Positions 1-12,848 of a stretch of DNA of 64,000 bases are shown here, one piece after another (positions within the stretch are counted from its first letter, which is position 1; each line of letters opens with the position of its first letter). Made by a program: the position numbers and the translations under genes. The DNA comes from Podarcis pityusensis (taxonomy: Eukaryota): the NCBI GenBank assembly GCA_964106645.2, contig OZ067042.1. The stretch is one strand, 5' to 3'. A model generated the notes under the pieces. The model was given only the letters and a program-made list of their open reading frames with translations, did no database searches and was not told where the DNA came from.

Positions 1-1520
1 GAAGATAAGAAAGTTTCATTGCTTTATTTTTGGTAACTGATGTACCATTATCCAGCCATAGGATGGGGCAAGAAATATTTTGTGAGTGGACCTTATATAT
101 ACCTTGGTGTCTTTTACATCCTCAGCTTGTGGAGCTCTCTAAGAGCACATTGTAAGAGATTATTGCACTATGTGCAGCTCTAGCACTTGCACCAGGAGTT
201 GCAAAACTATTATTCTTGAGCATGTCCTCTGCAAGCTGAAAGTGTGTATTTTTGTTTTTTAAAAGGATTTGTGATCATGATCTACACACTAATTGCTCGA
301 TCTGTTAGGCCAGATGGAACAATGGAGCAAAATAAATGTTTGTGTACAGTATGGGAAATACTGTATGCCTGCCACAAGTTGCACTCAGCTTTCTTTAAAA
401 CTATTGCTGTCAGAATAGAATAGTCAGAATGCTGGAAAAAAACACATGAAGGAACTGGTGCAGATGCTAAGCAGGACTGAATCAATCTGGACTGGATAGC
501 ACCATTCCTTTTTCATTCTTGATTGCAACAGGTATGTGCAGAATGTAACTAACAACAATCAGAGAGTGAAATGTATTTTATGGTTAGATCCTTCAAAGGT
601 CAGTCTTGGAGTAGCTAGTTCTTTATCCCATATGATATGAATGGGAAAACTGTGACTCTCTAGGTTTGATGGAACTCCAGATCCCACCATCCTTTATTGC
701 CTGCTCTGCTGGCTAGAGCTGATGGGAGCTGAAGTCCAGGAACATCCGGGCAGCCACACTGCCCTAGACAGGCATGAATGAAGGGACAACATATGTTTAG
801 GAAAGAATTTGATTGTGCCAGTGAAAGGAACTTGAGCTGCGTCTGGACCTTGAACTGTATCTGAACAAGCTAAAAACAGCTTTAGACAAAGGAACATTAC
901 AAGACAAAAAGTAAAAGTCCAAACAGAGACATCTGAAAAACATAAACAACCCCCCTAAGAACATTGTGATGCCATCAAACACTAGTGCAGATTTTTTGTG
1001 AGTATTTGACACTGCATTCCTATGCATGTCTACTCAGTAGAAAGCCTCATTGAGTTCAGTGGGGCTTACTTCTAAGTCCATGTGTATAGGATTGCAGGTG
1101 CAGGAATGTAGGCTGGAGTGGCAAATCCACCTACAATCTTGCAGTGCTAAAAGCATAAGTTATACCAAAAGTCAGGAACTTCCACCCCCTCCCACAAAGA
1201 CCCCATGCACGTTCTTGGCCTATATTCATTATGAATCACTTACAAATTAAACCTTGATTAGAAAAGAAGAGAGAAGAGGATTAAGAGGAAGTGTTTTTTT
1301 CCTTCCTCTTTTACTCCATTAAAATAGAACACCTGTACACTGCAGTTCCCAATATGTTATCCAAATGACATCCACATGCACAGGCTTAAAGCTAAAAACC
1401 CCTTTGTCGTCAGAAGAATCAAAAAGTCCAAAAGCAGTGATTGGTTTCCTTTTTTTCTTTTTATACATATATATATATATATCAGGGTGAAGGGGACAGA
1501 GATAGACCGGTGTCCTTGTT
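1..1520 (-). other. SORCS1: Probable SORCS1 3' UTR; candidate AATAAA on minus strand at 693-698 and 23-28
   Basis: Downstream of the TGA at 1521-1523; tttatt hexamers on plus strand; true 3' end not determinable. Confidence 0.55.
1012..1097. mobile_element. About 85-bp palindromic MITE-like element (CTGCAATCCTA...TAGGATTGCAG family); related copies near 13303-13400, 20367-20450, 33181-33255, 41637-41705, 53933-54020, 56863-56950
   Basis: Terminal inverted repeats and a shared core AGTAAGYCCCAYTGARTTCARTGGGGCTTACT. Confidence 0.7.
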
Positions 1521-1585
1521 TCAAACATTTATACAGGTAGGGATTTCTTTTGTGCTTTGTGTCTCAGCAACTGTGGAAATACTTC
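1521..1585 (-). CDS. SORCS1: SORCS1 terminal coding exon of the long tail: (G)SISTVAETQSTKEIPTCINV*
   Basis: Pyrimidine tract ttgttgttgtttttctctgccgcag|GA; phase matches the donor at 8527; STKEIP motif shared with SORCS1/SORCS3 tails. Confidence 0.88.
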
Positions 1586-4500
1586 CTGCGGCAGAGAAAA
1601 ACAACAACAAAAGGAGAGTTAGCAAAGCGAGTAGGAGCAGAAAGTCTCTCAATATCATGTCAATTGTCTTTGGATTTAATTGTTTCTTCCTAACACACCA
1701 TGCACCCAGAATATCTGCTTGTCATTTAGAAGGCAGACTGTAATGTCTTGTTCCTGTACTAATGAATATGACTTAACCATGTCAAATTATGGAGTGGCAG
1801 ATGAGGGAGAGGAGGAATGGGACTAGCTGTGTTCCTCTGAGAAGCAGCACAATGCTTTTAATGGCATTTGAAACGAAATACAAGGTGTCAGAGATCTGAC
1901 AATCTGCCAGTGCATTTGTCTTTGTGCAGAGTGTGTTCCCACCCAGTGACTGTCAGATGTGAACTGAATCAGTTTTCATATCCAGTGGTTAATTTTTAAA
2001 GAAAGAGCACCAGAGGCTCTCATTCTGCATGTAAGCAGTACCTTCTGCCATAAAACTCCTTATCTCTGGGAATATCCAAAGCCCTCCAGCAGAACCGGTT
2101 GTCATGAAAGAGGAACGGGGAGGGCTGTGCACTAAGGATAGTGCTAACTTTCTGTCCCTCCAAGTTTTCTTGGCTACCCACAAAAACATTACCAAATGGA
2201 GAATGTCTTATCCAACCTCCATAAGGATATGTCAAACTATGTTGGCAGCACCTGTTGGCTTTATTTATTTGACACAATTATATTCTACCTATCTGTCCAC
2301 AAGGGGCCCTTAACCGAAGCCTTGCGTAAAACGAGCAACTTCAGGTGACCAGCTAGAATCCTATCAAAGCCAAATAGACTCTGTGACATCTTCTCCCCCA
2401 GATTAAGAAAATTGTTCTTCTGTCTGAGTGGAGATATTCATTTACTTCTAATGATTCACTAAGAAGCAACCTTAATCCCAGACAGGTTGAGATTGGCTAT
2501 GATAACTCAGTGTGGAGTGAGAGACAACCCTCACATGCATAAGAGATGCACTCTAGCTCTTTTTAGTTGTCAGTGTCCAAAGCTGAGCCTGGCATCATGA
2601 AATGTTCTCAGGCTGAGCCCTGGTAAGCACTGGCTCATATTAAGCCAAGGCTAGATCCAAAATAGGGTTGCCAGATATCCATGATTGCTTTGGACATAGA
2701 AGAACTGCCTGCTTTGTGCAGTGTCCTCATAGTTGAGCCTTGTGACTGGCAGCTCTGAAAGGACTCCATCTGCCCACTCGCTTCTCCATACTGACGCTTT
2801 GGTATTTGCCCTCAGCAGACAGCCCCTCCCCAGCCCCCCTTCCACTCTGCTGACCGCCAGTCTACTAATCAGCAGGTCAGCAACCCAGCGCACCTGCGCC
2901 TGACGAGCGCTCCTCGTACATCTGACCGCCAGCATGCTCATCAGTAGGGCAACAGTCTATGCACTGTCTGGTCCTGGACTCTGGGCAGTCCTTGGCTGTC
3001 TGCTCACGCTCGTTGGTTGGTGTCCAGGATGTCCAGGAATTTTTCCTCCCAATAGCCTCTTGTGTACAAGAATTGGTCTTTGGAAATCTGGCAACCCTAC
3101 AAATAACCCCAGCTAGAATCAGTTAGATTCATTAAAAGCACAGTACCACAAGGGCAAGGAGAGGGGGAGGAAGGGAAGCTGATTAAGAATAAAAACCACA
3201 CCATTATAATAACAGAACATATTTTGCATGCATTTAATCACCAACTGTGTACTTATAAATAATCTTCTATTTACAGAATTGTCAAAATCTGCCTCTTTCC
3301 TTGCTACTGGCAGGTTTTGCTCTGTTCTTTACTCCTTACGATCCATTTAAAAGGTCATTTTCTGGATAGATTATTCCACCTCTACCTTCTCATGACTTAC
3401 ATTCCGTACCTTTAAAATTCTTCAAGTTTGAGTGCTGAAGGCCAAGAAAGCCAAATGTACTGTTCAAGGGATATGTCAGCCAAGACTTAAACTAGTGCAT
3501 AGAGTCCCTTTTCTAACAATGTAGAACTTGAAATTTAGGTGTTGGAATATAACTGAAGTCAGGTGATTCACACTTGCTGATGGAGGTGATGGACTGAACC
3601 CAAACGGTCACTCTTGCTAGGTCATTGTTTGATACTAAGGTTGAATTCAGGCATGGGGAATATTGCATTAGTTTTCCTGGTTATAATGCTAAGATGTCTG
3701 TCTTGGTTTTCAACGGTCCTTTTACACCACATCGCCTGTTGTGAGATGGAACTGTGGCTTTTTGATTGATATACCAACATGTCCTGCTAAATTTAATTCA
3801 TGCCAGTGGGCATGGCATGACTCAAGAGTAGCTATCATTAGTTATGGTACCACCCTTTATGTTCTTATCTGCTTCTGTTCCTTCATGAGTCACCCATGAC
3901 TTTGATGGGAAATAACTGCACCCCAGCATACCACACCAAATTTCATCTCACAATTCTCTGGGTTAACGTGGTCACAAATGGATTTTTCTGCAGGCAATTA
4001 ACACAGAAATGAGTGCTAAACCTCCACAAGATTCAGCTAGATTTCCAGAAGGGGTTTTTGAGTATGAAAGGTGACAATAAACATGGAAATTATCAAGTGA
4101 GAAAATGTCAGGAAAATAGAATCAAGTGTTGTGTGAATGCAGCCTAATTCTGTTGAGCAGAATTTCTTTCCCTCTGACCACACATTTTCTTCTTCAGCCC
4201 CAGCCAGCATGGTCAGGGAAGAAGCAAGCTGTAGTCCAACAATATCTGGAAGACCACTGGTTTGCCACCCCAACTTCAGCTCCCCGTCTCCTCAAAAATC
4301 ATCTCCATCTGTTAGTTAGGTAGACTTCTCAGAAACCAGCACCATGCTTAGCCTGACCTAACTGCATCCACAGTCCCTGCCATTCTTCTCTTTCTCATTT
4401 CCTTTTGTATAGTCTCTTGAGATGCAGCTCTATGTATAATAAGATTGCTCTTATTCATGTGCTTTTTCTCTTTCAGTTCTTCCACGTATGCACTCTCTCT

Positions 4501-6938
4501 GCAAGACTCCTGCTGTTATTTCTTTTGAGTGGCTTCGTGTTTTCTCATTCAATTGGCCATGAAGACTTTGGCAGCAAAGTTGGCTTTATGCTTTCCCCTT
4601 GCTCATCATCTCTTTGTCTTCTCATTCCTTGCCTTCATTTAATATTAATGCTATTTCCCTTTTCTTTCCTGTGAATTGTTGTTCGGTTGCTGTCTGTCTG
4701 CTAGTCAATTCCCTTTCTTTTCTATTGCATTTTGACTAATGGTTAATTTTTCTCCCTGGATCCCATTTTTATCTTAGCATTTGTATTGATTCTCCCAGCT
4801 GTTTCATATCTCCTCTCATTCCTGTCAGAACATTTCTGCCACTCTTGGGTCAAATATTCGTAGCATTTTGCTCACGTTCTGATCTTCCGATGCCCAATTC
4901 ATGATTTTCTGAGTTTTTCTCATTGTTTTGCTCATCATCGTATTAATTTTATTCTCTTCAGAATTCAGTTCAAGAATTTCTTTTGCTGTGCTTTTGAATC
5001 CATGAACCCTAGAGCTTTAAAAGTGGCTTATGAATCAACAAAGAGTTGGATGGGACTGTGCTAGTGAGAGGGGTAGAAGAAAATGCCCCATGATGAATGT
5101 AAATATGTGTTCATGCATTTGTGAAAACAGGTTCACTGAGTTATAGCAAGATTTTTCTCAATGGTCCCCCATCCCCATGAAAGATGTTGATATGAAAAGG
5201 ACAAGATAGCTCTGGTTTATATTAGCACTGACATTAATAGCTATACAGACACACACCCAACTGACTGAAGAGGCTTATTCTCAGGAAAGTGGGCATAGCA
5301 CTACAAACCTAACTGTGATTTGAAATAATCAAGATTTGCTTGGAGTTTGGAGCAAATATTGCAGGCTGCAATGGAGATTTATAAAAGGTCTCCCAAGTTC
5401 TCTGGAACTCTTGTAACTCCCCTGATAGAACATTTGTATATGAAAGTAAATGAGAATTTCTGTTAGTTTTATAGTGCATTTTTCCATTTTAAAGCTGTTA
5501 TGTTGGTATGATTGAGCTGTAATTTAAAAACTATTATGTGAACTCTGTGCTTATTACATTTGTATCAATGAAAATGATGCAAAAAAATTTGCTCAGTTTG
5601 CTCTTATGCAGCTGAACATATAAGGTTCTAAGGTGTGGTGGTTGGAATATCATACTAGGACCTAGGAGACCATGGTTCGAATCTCCACTCAGCCAAGAAG
5701 CTCCCTGGGTCACCTTGGGCCAGTTGCTACCTTTCAGCCTAACTTACCTCTCAGGGTTATGTGAGGACAAAATGAGGAGGTACAGTGGCACCTCGAGTTA
5801 CGTACTTAATCCGTTCCAGAGGTCCGTTCTTAAGCCGAAACTGCTCGTAACATGAGGCGAGTTTTCGCTAATGGCACTGCCGCGCTGCAGGAGTGCGACT
5901 TCCACTCACATCCCAGGGCAAAGTTCTCAACAAGGGGCATCTACTTCCGGGTTAGCAGAGCGTGTAACCCAAAGCATTCGTAAGGGGGACAGTACACAAC
6001 ACGAGGTATCACTGTATGCCACTTTGAGCTCCTTGAGGGAAAGATGGGATAGAACTGTAATTGTTGTTGTTGTTGATGATGATGATGTTTGAATGGCATT
6101 CTGCTCATGCAAGGAGACTTCCGCTTCCTCTACTCTCCCAGCATGCCCACAAAGCATCAATTTGGGTGTGGGGAGGAGTCCCTCAATCACATGAATCAAA
6201 TTTTTGAAGGTGTGCAGGCAGCTGCAGGGAAGAAGAGAGGATGGGGATGTTTCATTGTGCAAGCAGAAGTCTGTTGCATCGGCATAAAGCAATGGGGAAA
6301 CTTATCCTACTTTATATCTGAGTATTAAAGCACAAGATCGGCATCAATTGAAAAATGGATAACCTTGCTATCCACTGATTCTGCTGTCCTTCTCTTATGT
6401 GGTTTTGTGGTCATCCTAGAAGGAAAGGGTTGGCTTTGTTGTCAAAAGTGCATTCCTGCCAGAACCCCAACCCTCATAGTTCATTGCATAGAATACAAAA
6501 GAAAATAAATGGGGGAAAGTAAAGCTGTAGCATTTCAATTTAAAACAGCCCAAGTTCATTGAAGGCAATGGCATTATTCCATTAAATTCAGCTACTGCAT
6601 TTTAAATGATTTGTGCATCGTACAGAATGGCATTTAAAATACGCCTTTTTATTTGGATATCCACAACAATTGTACCATCAGGTAACGATAAAACCAGGCA
6701 GAAATGAACTTTGTGTCTTGCAACACATTTTAATTATGAAGACTTTCAGAAAACCAAGATTTCTAGAATGCAGCATTTTCAAGTTATTCATAGAATCATT
6801 TGACTGAAAAGGAAACAGAGGTCATCAAGTTTAAATCCCTGCACCGAGGGACTGTTACATATTTAACATTGTCCAACAAAATATATATAATCTAGATTAT
6901 AGAGTGTAGAGGAAAGAGAGAGAGAGGTTGAGAGAGGA

Positions 6939-6982
<44 letters not shown>

Positions 6983-9900
6983 ACATGTAGACAGGGCAGA
7001 TAACTATCATGCTCAAATTGTCTATCAGGCAGGAATAGTAAATCAAAACTAGGATGCTCAATCCAGAAAGCCATACAATATTTAAGAATGAGAGGAATAC
7101 AATTTAGTAAAAAAGGTAATCAGATGGTGAATAGCAACCACAATTTTCCAAGTCACAATGTACAGCCCCTTGGGAAGCTTTGTGTGCACAACGTCCCAGG
7201 TTCAATCCCTGGCGTCTCTTGGATTTTTTTGCTTTGTTTTGTTTTTAAAGCTCAGGGAGCAGGTGATGGGAAGGATCTTTTCTGCTGCCAGTATGAGCAA
7301 ATAATACTGGATTATATAACCCAAGGGTCTGACTAAGTAGAAGGCATCTTCCTATATTCCTCTGAGTATGCGGCTACTTGTGGAAGGATTCCTCTTTAGC
7401 TTGTGTCCAAGTGGTGAGGACGACTTTCTCCTGCACTGACTTCCCCAGATTTCTGCTCAGGCACAAGCATGAGGCAAGAATCTCCTTGCCATATGATCAA
7501 ATGCTAGGAAGATTGGTAACTCACATGATTCTATGTGCCCTGCAACAGTTTAATGTTTGGTGAACATAACCAGTTCCTGCAGAACTTTACATACATGCAT
7601 CTTGTTTGTTTTCCCTTTTGGCTGAAACCTCAGGCTGTTATCCTTGAAGACATTTCCAGTGAGATCCTGCCAAAACCAACTGAGTTAACTGAGGACTGCT
7701 ACCGAGAGTTTGGTCTGCAGTCTGTCGTATTAAACCAAGCCAAGGAACACAAACACTGTAGCACCAAAAAATAATTATTATCAGTTTTCTTGAAGTAGCA
7801 CTGAAATCTCCCAGACCACATCAAGGCTACTCTGGATAACATTGTTAGCAAAGTACATCCTCAATCTATCTTTTCTTTCTTTCTCAACAGATAGACTACA
7901 CTAATGGCAGATGGCAAAATTAAAAGTGATATGTCTCTATGCATCCTTCGCCAGACTGCTTCCTACCTTCAATGTAGGTGGGCCATGTTAGAGTGACTAT
8001 TCATGGGAAGATATTTTGAAAGCACAGCACACTTTATCTGAGGCTCTGTTGTTTCTAATGTTCTATAGGGGCTTGCCCTAAAACGTGAGATGGAATAGCA
8101 ATAATTAAATCTATTGTGCAGTGAAGACAAAGTGCTTTGCAATTTGTTGGGAGGCTAGCGAGGTGGAGTTTGCACTTTCCCAGTAACTATCACACAGCTT
8201 CATAGGTACAGGTAAACTTCATGGCAGCAACTGTGAACCAGAAACTCATAAACATTTTCCTGATCACACAACTTTCTTGTTTTCATAACCCTGAACAACT
8301 GCAGAGAGAGTTATTATAGTGAAGACAAAACTTCACTGTGGATTTTCTTATTCAAGAAATAGAAGAGGAGAAGTAAAGATCTTGGAGTTAGTTAAGACCA
8401 ATTTAGAGAGAGATTAACAGAGCAGTGGGAACAGTGTTTTAGCAGAGGAGGTTGGAAGGCTCAGAATAGATATAGCCAATGAGAATGCAGACTTTGACTA
8501 ATTATTGGCTGCTGTAGTTTATTTACCTATGGGCTGGGTATCCAACTTCTCATCTACTAGTTGTTCTGGGGTCATCAGCTCCCTTTGAGGGACATTAGGC
8601 ATGCTTTCACTTTGACTGCCTGGACTGACCATCTCTTGATCTTTCTCATTCTGCATCTGTGCATAAACATTAATGCCCGGAATCTTCCTAAAACATTAAC
8701 AGAAACCATAATTGGCGTGTATGCTAAGGTGCTCTTTGCATTATGCTTTCACACCTGACAGAAGAATGGCAGGGAAAGAAGGAAGGAGTCATACCTTTTG
8801 AATTTGTAGATTACAAATACTGCCAATCCCACAAATACCACGGAGAGCAGCATCAGCATGGCTGAACCACTGTGGCTAGGTGTGACATCTATGAGTGGGG
8901 CTGTAAAAAGTTAAAGAAAAGTTTAGAACATTAGGTCCCAAATGTTCTGATAAGGCTTTCTAACTAGAGGATGTATTTATTTATGTTTACTATGCCTTGG
9001 ATTTAGAAATCTGCCCTTCTTTGTTGTTATGTGTCTTCACAGCCAATTCACAAACCTCTCCCAATAGACACAGTTGTAATTGGTCCTCCATTTGGAAACC
9101 AAATCTTTGGGGATCAGTTAATGGAGGTATAAAATTATATACACACCACCAAATCAGCCTACACAGAAACTGCAAAGTAATCATCACCCTTTTTCTGGAC
9201 AGCCGCCTTTGATGTTTCCAAATTTCTCATCCAGAGGGCTGTACTGTATTCAGCAGAAACATACAATGTCATGTGAACTGAAAATTACAGAACCTCCACC
9301 GAGCATCTAGGACTTGTGCTTGCACAATCCCAATCCAAAACGCAGCAGTATCTGGACCACTCCATGCAGTGGTATGTGGTCTCAAAGGCTGACTGAGGGC
9401 TGGCCCTGCCAGAAAAGCAGAATGTCCTCCTTCCAAATAGCTGGCAGCGTGTCATACTGCTCTGCAAATCAGTCAAAGAGAACAGCCTGTCCTCACTAAA
9501 TCCCCCCCCCCCAATTTCTCCAAAACCATGAACAAAAGTATGCTCTTGTTAAGATGATTCTGAATCTGACCTGGGCTTGGATGCTGTAGCAAACATACTA
9601 ACCCACCACCAGTGCCTTTACCAATCCTAACTAGTTTGTAGAAACTGCAAATAAGCTGGGAAAATATATTACTATATCTAAGGTCAAATCTTAATGCAAC
9701 TCTGGCCAGATTGTGCATGGGCTTTTCTCAATGCAATAGACAGGTTTCATGTAAAATTCAAATGTGGAAACGTATTGCCATACATGATAAAGTTACCTGC
9801 TGAGCATGGAGGTGGCACTTTGTTTTATTTACAGATAGTTCAAGTACTTAATTTTTCACTTAGTATTTATTTGGATGGCATATCCATTGAGAAAACAAGA

Positions 9901-12815
9901 GGCAAATCCCCCAAATTCTCTCTCTTCCCTCTGCCTCCACATTAATGTGTTTGTGCTCTGGTAGCAAAGGGAAGAGAGACCTCACTACTCTGATATCTAG
10001 CACACTGTGTACCAGCACCCAAGTAGCACACAGAAAATGTAGTTGAAAGGGGTTAAGAAGGCAATTCTTCCCCAGCTCAGATTAAAATTCCAAGCCAGAT
10101 AAGAATTGGGAGCTCAGAATGTTCATTTTGTTTTCGAGGCAAGCATTGTAAGTCCCGAGACATTTATATTCACTCTTCATGCTTTTGAATAAACATTCTA
10201 AGAATAAACTTGGTAATCTTGAATAAATGGGCTTTTGAATTTTTCTGGGTTGGGGGAGATGCGATTGGGGTGTGGTGGGGCAGAGTGGAATGTGGAATAA
10301 ACCCAAATTCCCTGGTCATTCTGGATTATTTAGGCAACTGGAAATAAAAAACGAATATTTCATTTCTATCCTGTACCATTTGACTAGCTGTTTTTTTGTT
10401 CTGTTTTTAAAAGAAAGAAATCAGTCCATTGAAAAGGTGACAGCTGCCTATTTAGAGGACACTTTTAATTCAGTAGTGACAGGAGTTAGGCATTTTTTCT
10501 TCACCTCCTGTAGGTTTTTCACACTTATAAAGAGGACATGCAGATATTTGCTGTGCTGCTAATTGGATAGAGGAGCACACAGCCATGATCCCAAGAGAAG
10601 CTATTAGTAAATCTGGCTTAAGAAATGCTTTAAACAGTGACTCGTTCCTTATGCCCTTTAAAAGAATGTTGCTGCTCTCTGCATGCACTATTCCCAGAGC
10701 TCTGTGCAAAGACCCTTTCTCACACAGGCAATTGAAATTTTACCCAAAAAGAGATCCTCACACAAATAGCAGGAGCCCATTGCCTTGTGATTAAAAGTAG
10801 ACTTAAACTCCAACACCCATCAGCTGCAGACAGCATGGTCCATGGTAAGGGATGATGGGATATGTAGTCCAGAAATATTGGGAGGACCCTAGGTTGGGAA
10901 AGACTAGGCAAGAGTAGAAATCATTAAATTTATGAAAGTAGTTTGTTCTAGCTGTATTTAAACTGTGAACACATTTGTGACATTCAGCCCTAAATTGGAT
11001 TTCTGTTTGTTTGTTAAATATTTAGGCTAATGGGATCCAATTTTTTTGTGAAAAATCTTAATTATAAGTCACTTAAATGCTGCCAAGGAAGTGTTAGCCA
11101 GATACTGAGAAAGTGCAGCTCTACCCACCATTACCAAATGACTGATTAAGGTATTAGAAATTGTGGTGGAAATGGCAAATTGACCAATACCATTTGTAGA
11201 AGGCAAGCAAGATGCATATATTGGGGGGGGGGGATGTACATTAGCAGAAATCTGATGGGATGAGGCTTTTGGGTGCAGATTAGCCGGGTAAGGCCAGCTG
11301 ATGAAACCCTACTCTCCTCCTACAGTGGATAAAGTGAAATCTAGGCTTCAGTGAAACAGGGAAGAGGCTGGATTAAACAGCGCGTCAAATCAGTTTTCAC
11401 CTTTTAACTAACATGAAATGAACAGGAAAACGTATCGTCTGATTTCTGTTCATGCACTCCTGTTCCCCACTCCTCCTGCAGAGCCAGGAAGAGATTGAAA
11501 GTGTCTGCTTCCTTTTTCAACCAAGCACAGTTTTAGGCAAAAAATATATATGCCAGGACTGTGGTTCAAGGTGGCTTCTTTTCCTAAATCAGTTAACACT
11601 AACCATTTTCTCCAGCTCTGGTCACAATGAGTAACCACAATTATGGTTTATCCACACTTCCTCTTGCCCTGGAGAAAACTGCTCTTTAGTGCTCAGTCAG
11701 AACAAATGGCAATTGGATTTTCTGTGAGCAAGCAGATGCGTGGACGAAAATGAAAGCAAAAGCTTCTGCTCTCCTAGGCGCTGTGTCAGTGCGAGAGGTG
11801 GGAGCTCACTGCTGTCCATGCTCAGTGACAGAGCACATGCTTTCTATGCAGAAGGTCTCAGGATCAATCCCCAACAGCTCTAGGTTGGGCTGGGAGTGTT
11901 TGCAGTCTGAAACCTTGAAGAACTGTTGCAGCCAGCACAGGAACATAGCCAGTGGGACTTATAAATGTAAACTATGGCATGTACTTCATTATCTTGATGT
12001 AGAATGCATTTCGGCTGAACTGGTCAGGTCATAGCTAGTTATTATTTTGACTGACATGCCAAATTCATGTTTCACAAACAGTTCTCGGGATGAAATATGC
12101 ATCTTATAGGAGCCACAACAGCAAAAGGAGTCCTGAATTAATGTTGATACAGAGTAGACATAGAATCACTAACAATAATGCTGGATATTGTTAATAAAAG
12201 CTAGCCATGTAAAGGGTCATTTTATTCAGTTTACATACGCATTTCCCATTGACACCAACAGGGTTTGCGCACATGAAAACAGTGACAATCTTTGTGCATG
12301 AATCATAGAAGATCACAGAGTTAGCAAATAATACTTACAATGCAGCTTAAACACTTTATATAATATTAGATTTATTGGGATATAATGACAAATGGGTTTG
12401 TGTTGATAGATTTTTAAAGGTATCTTGAGAAAACTGGCAACAAATTTGTAGCAGTTTAGGAAACAAGAATGTCACAATCCTGCAAACAAGGCTCAGCTGA
12501 TTTGTACTTAATCTATGATTTTACTAATTAGCCAGCAAGGAATGGAAAATGAGAAAAGGGGGAAACTCAGCATTGCCATCATTATCAGTAAAGTTAAAGT
12601 GAAAAGTGTCTGAATTTGGAATTTGACAGATTATTTCCCAACATTTATTCAAATTCCAACTTGCAAAGAGGCATTCAAATGTTGTTTATTTTAGATACCG
12701 GCAACTAAGGGTTGAGTTGTCTGGTACAAAGACCATTCTGTCCCATCTAAAAAACTAACGCACAACATTATCTTACTTACATTTTACAATGTGCTCCAAG
12801 GACTGCTTTTTAACT

Positions 12816-12848
<33 letters not shown>

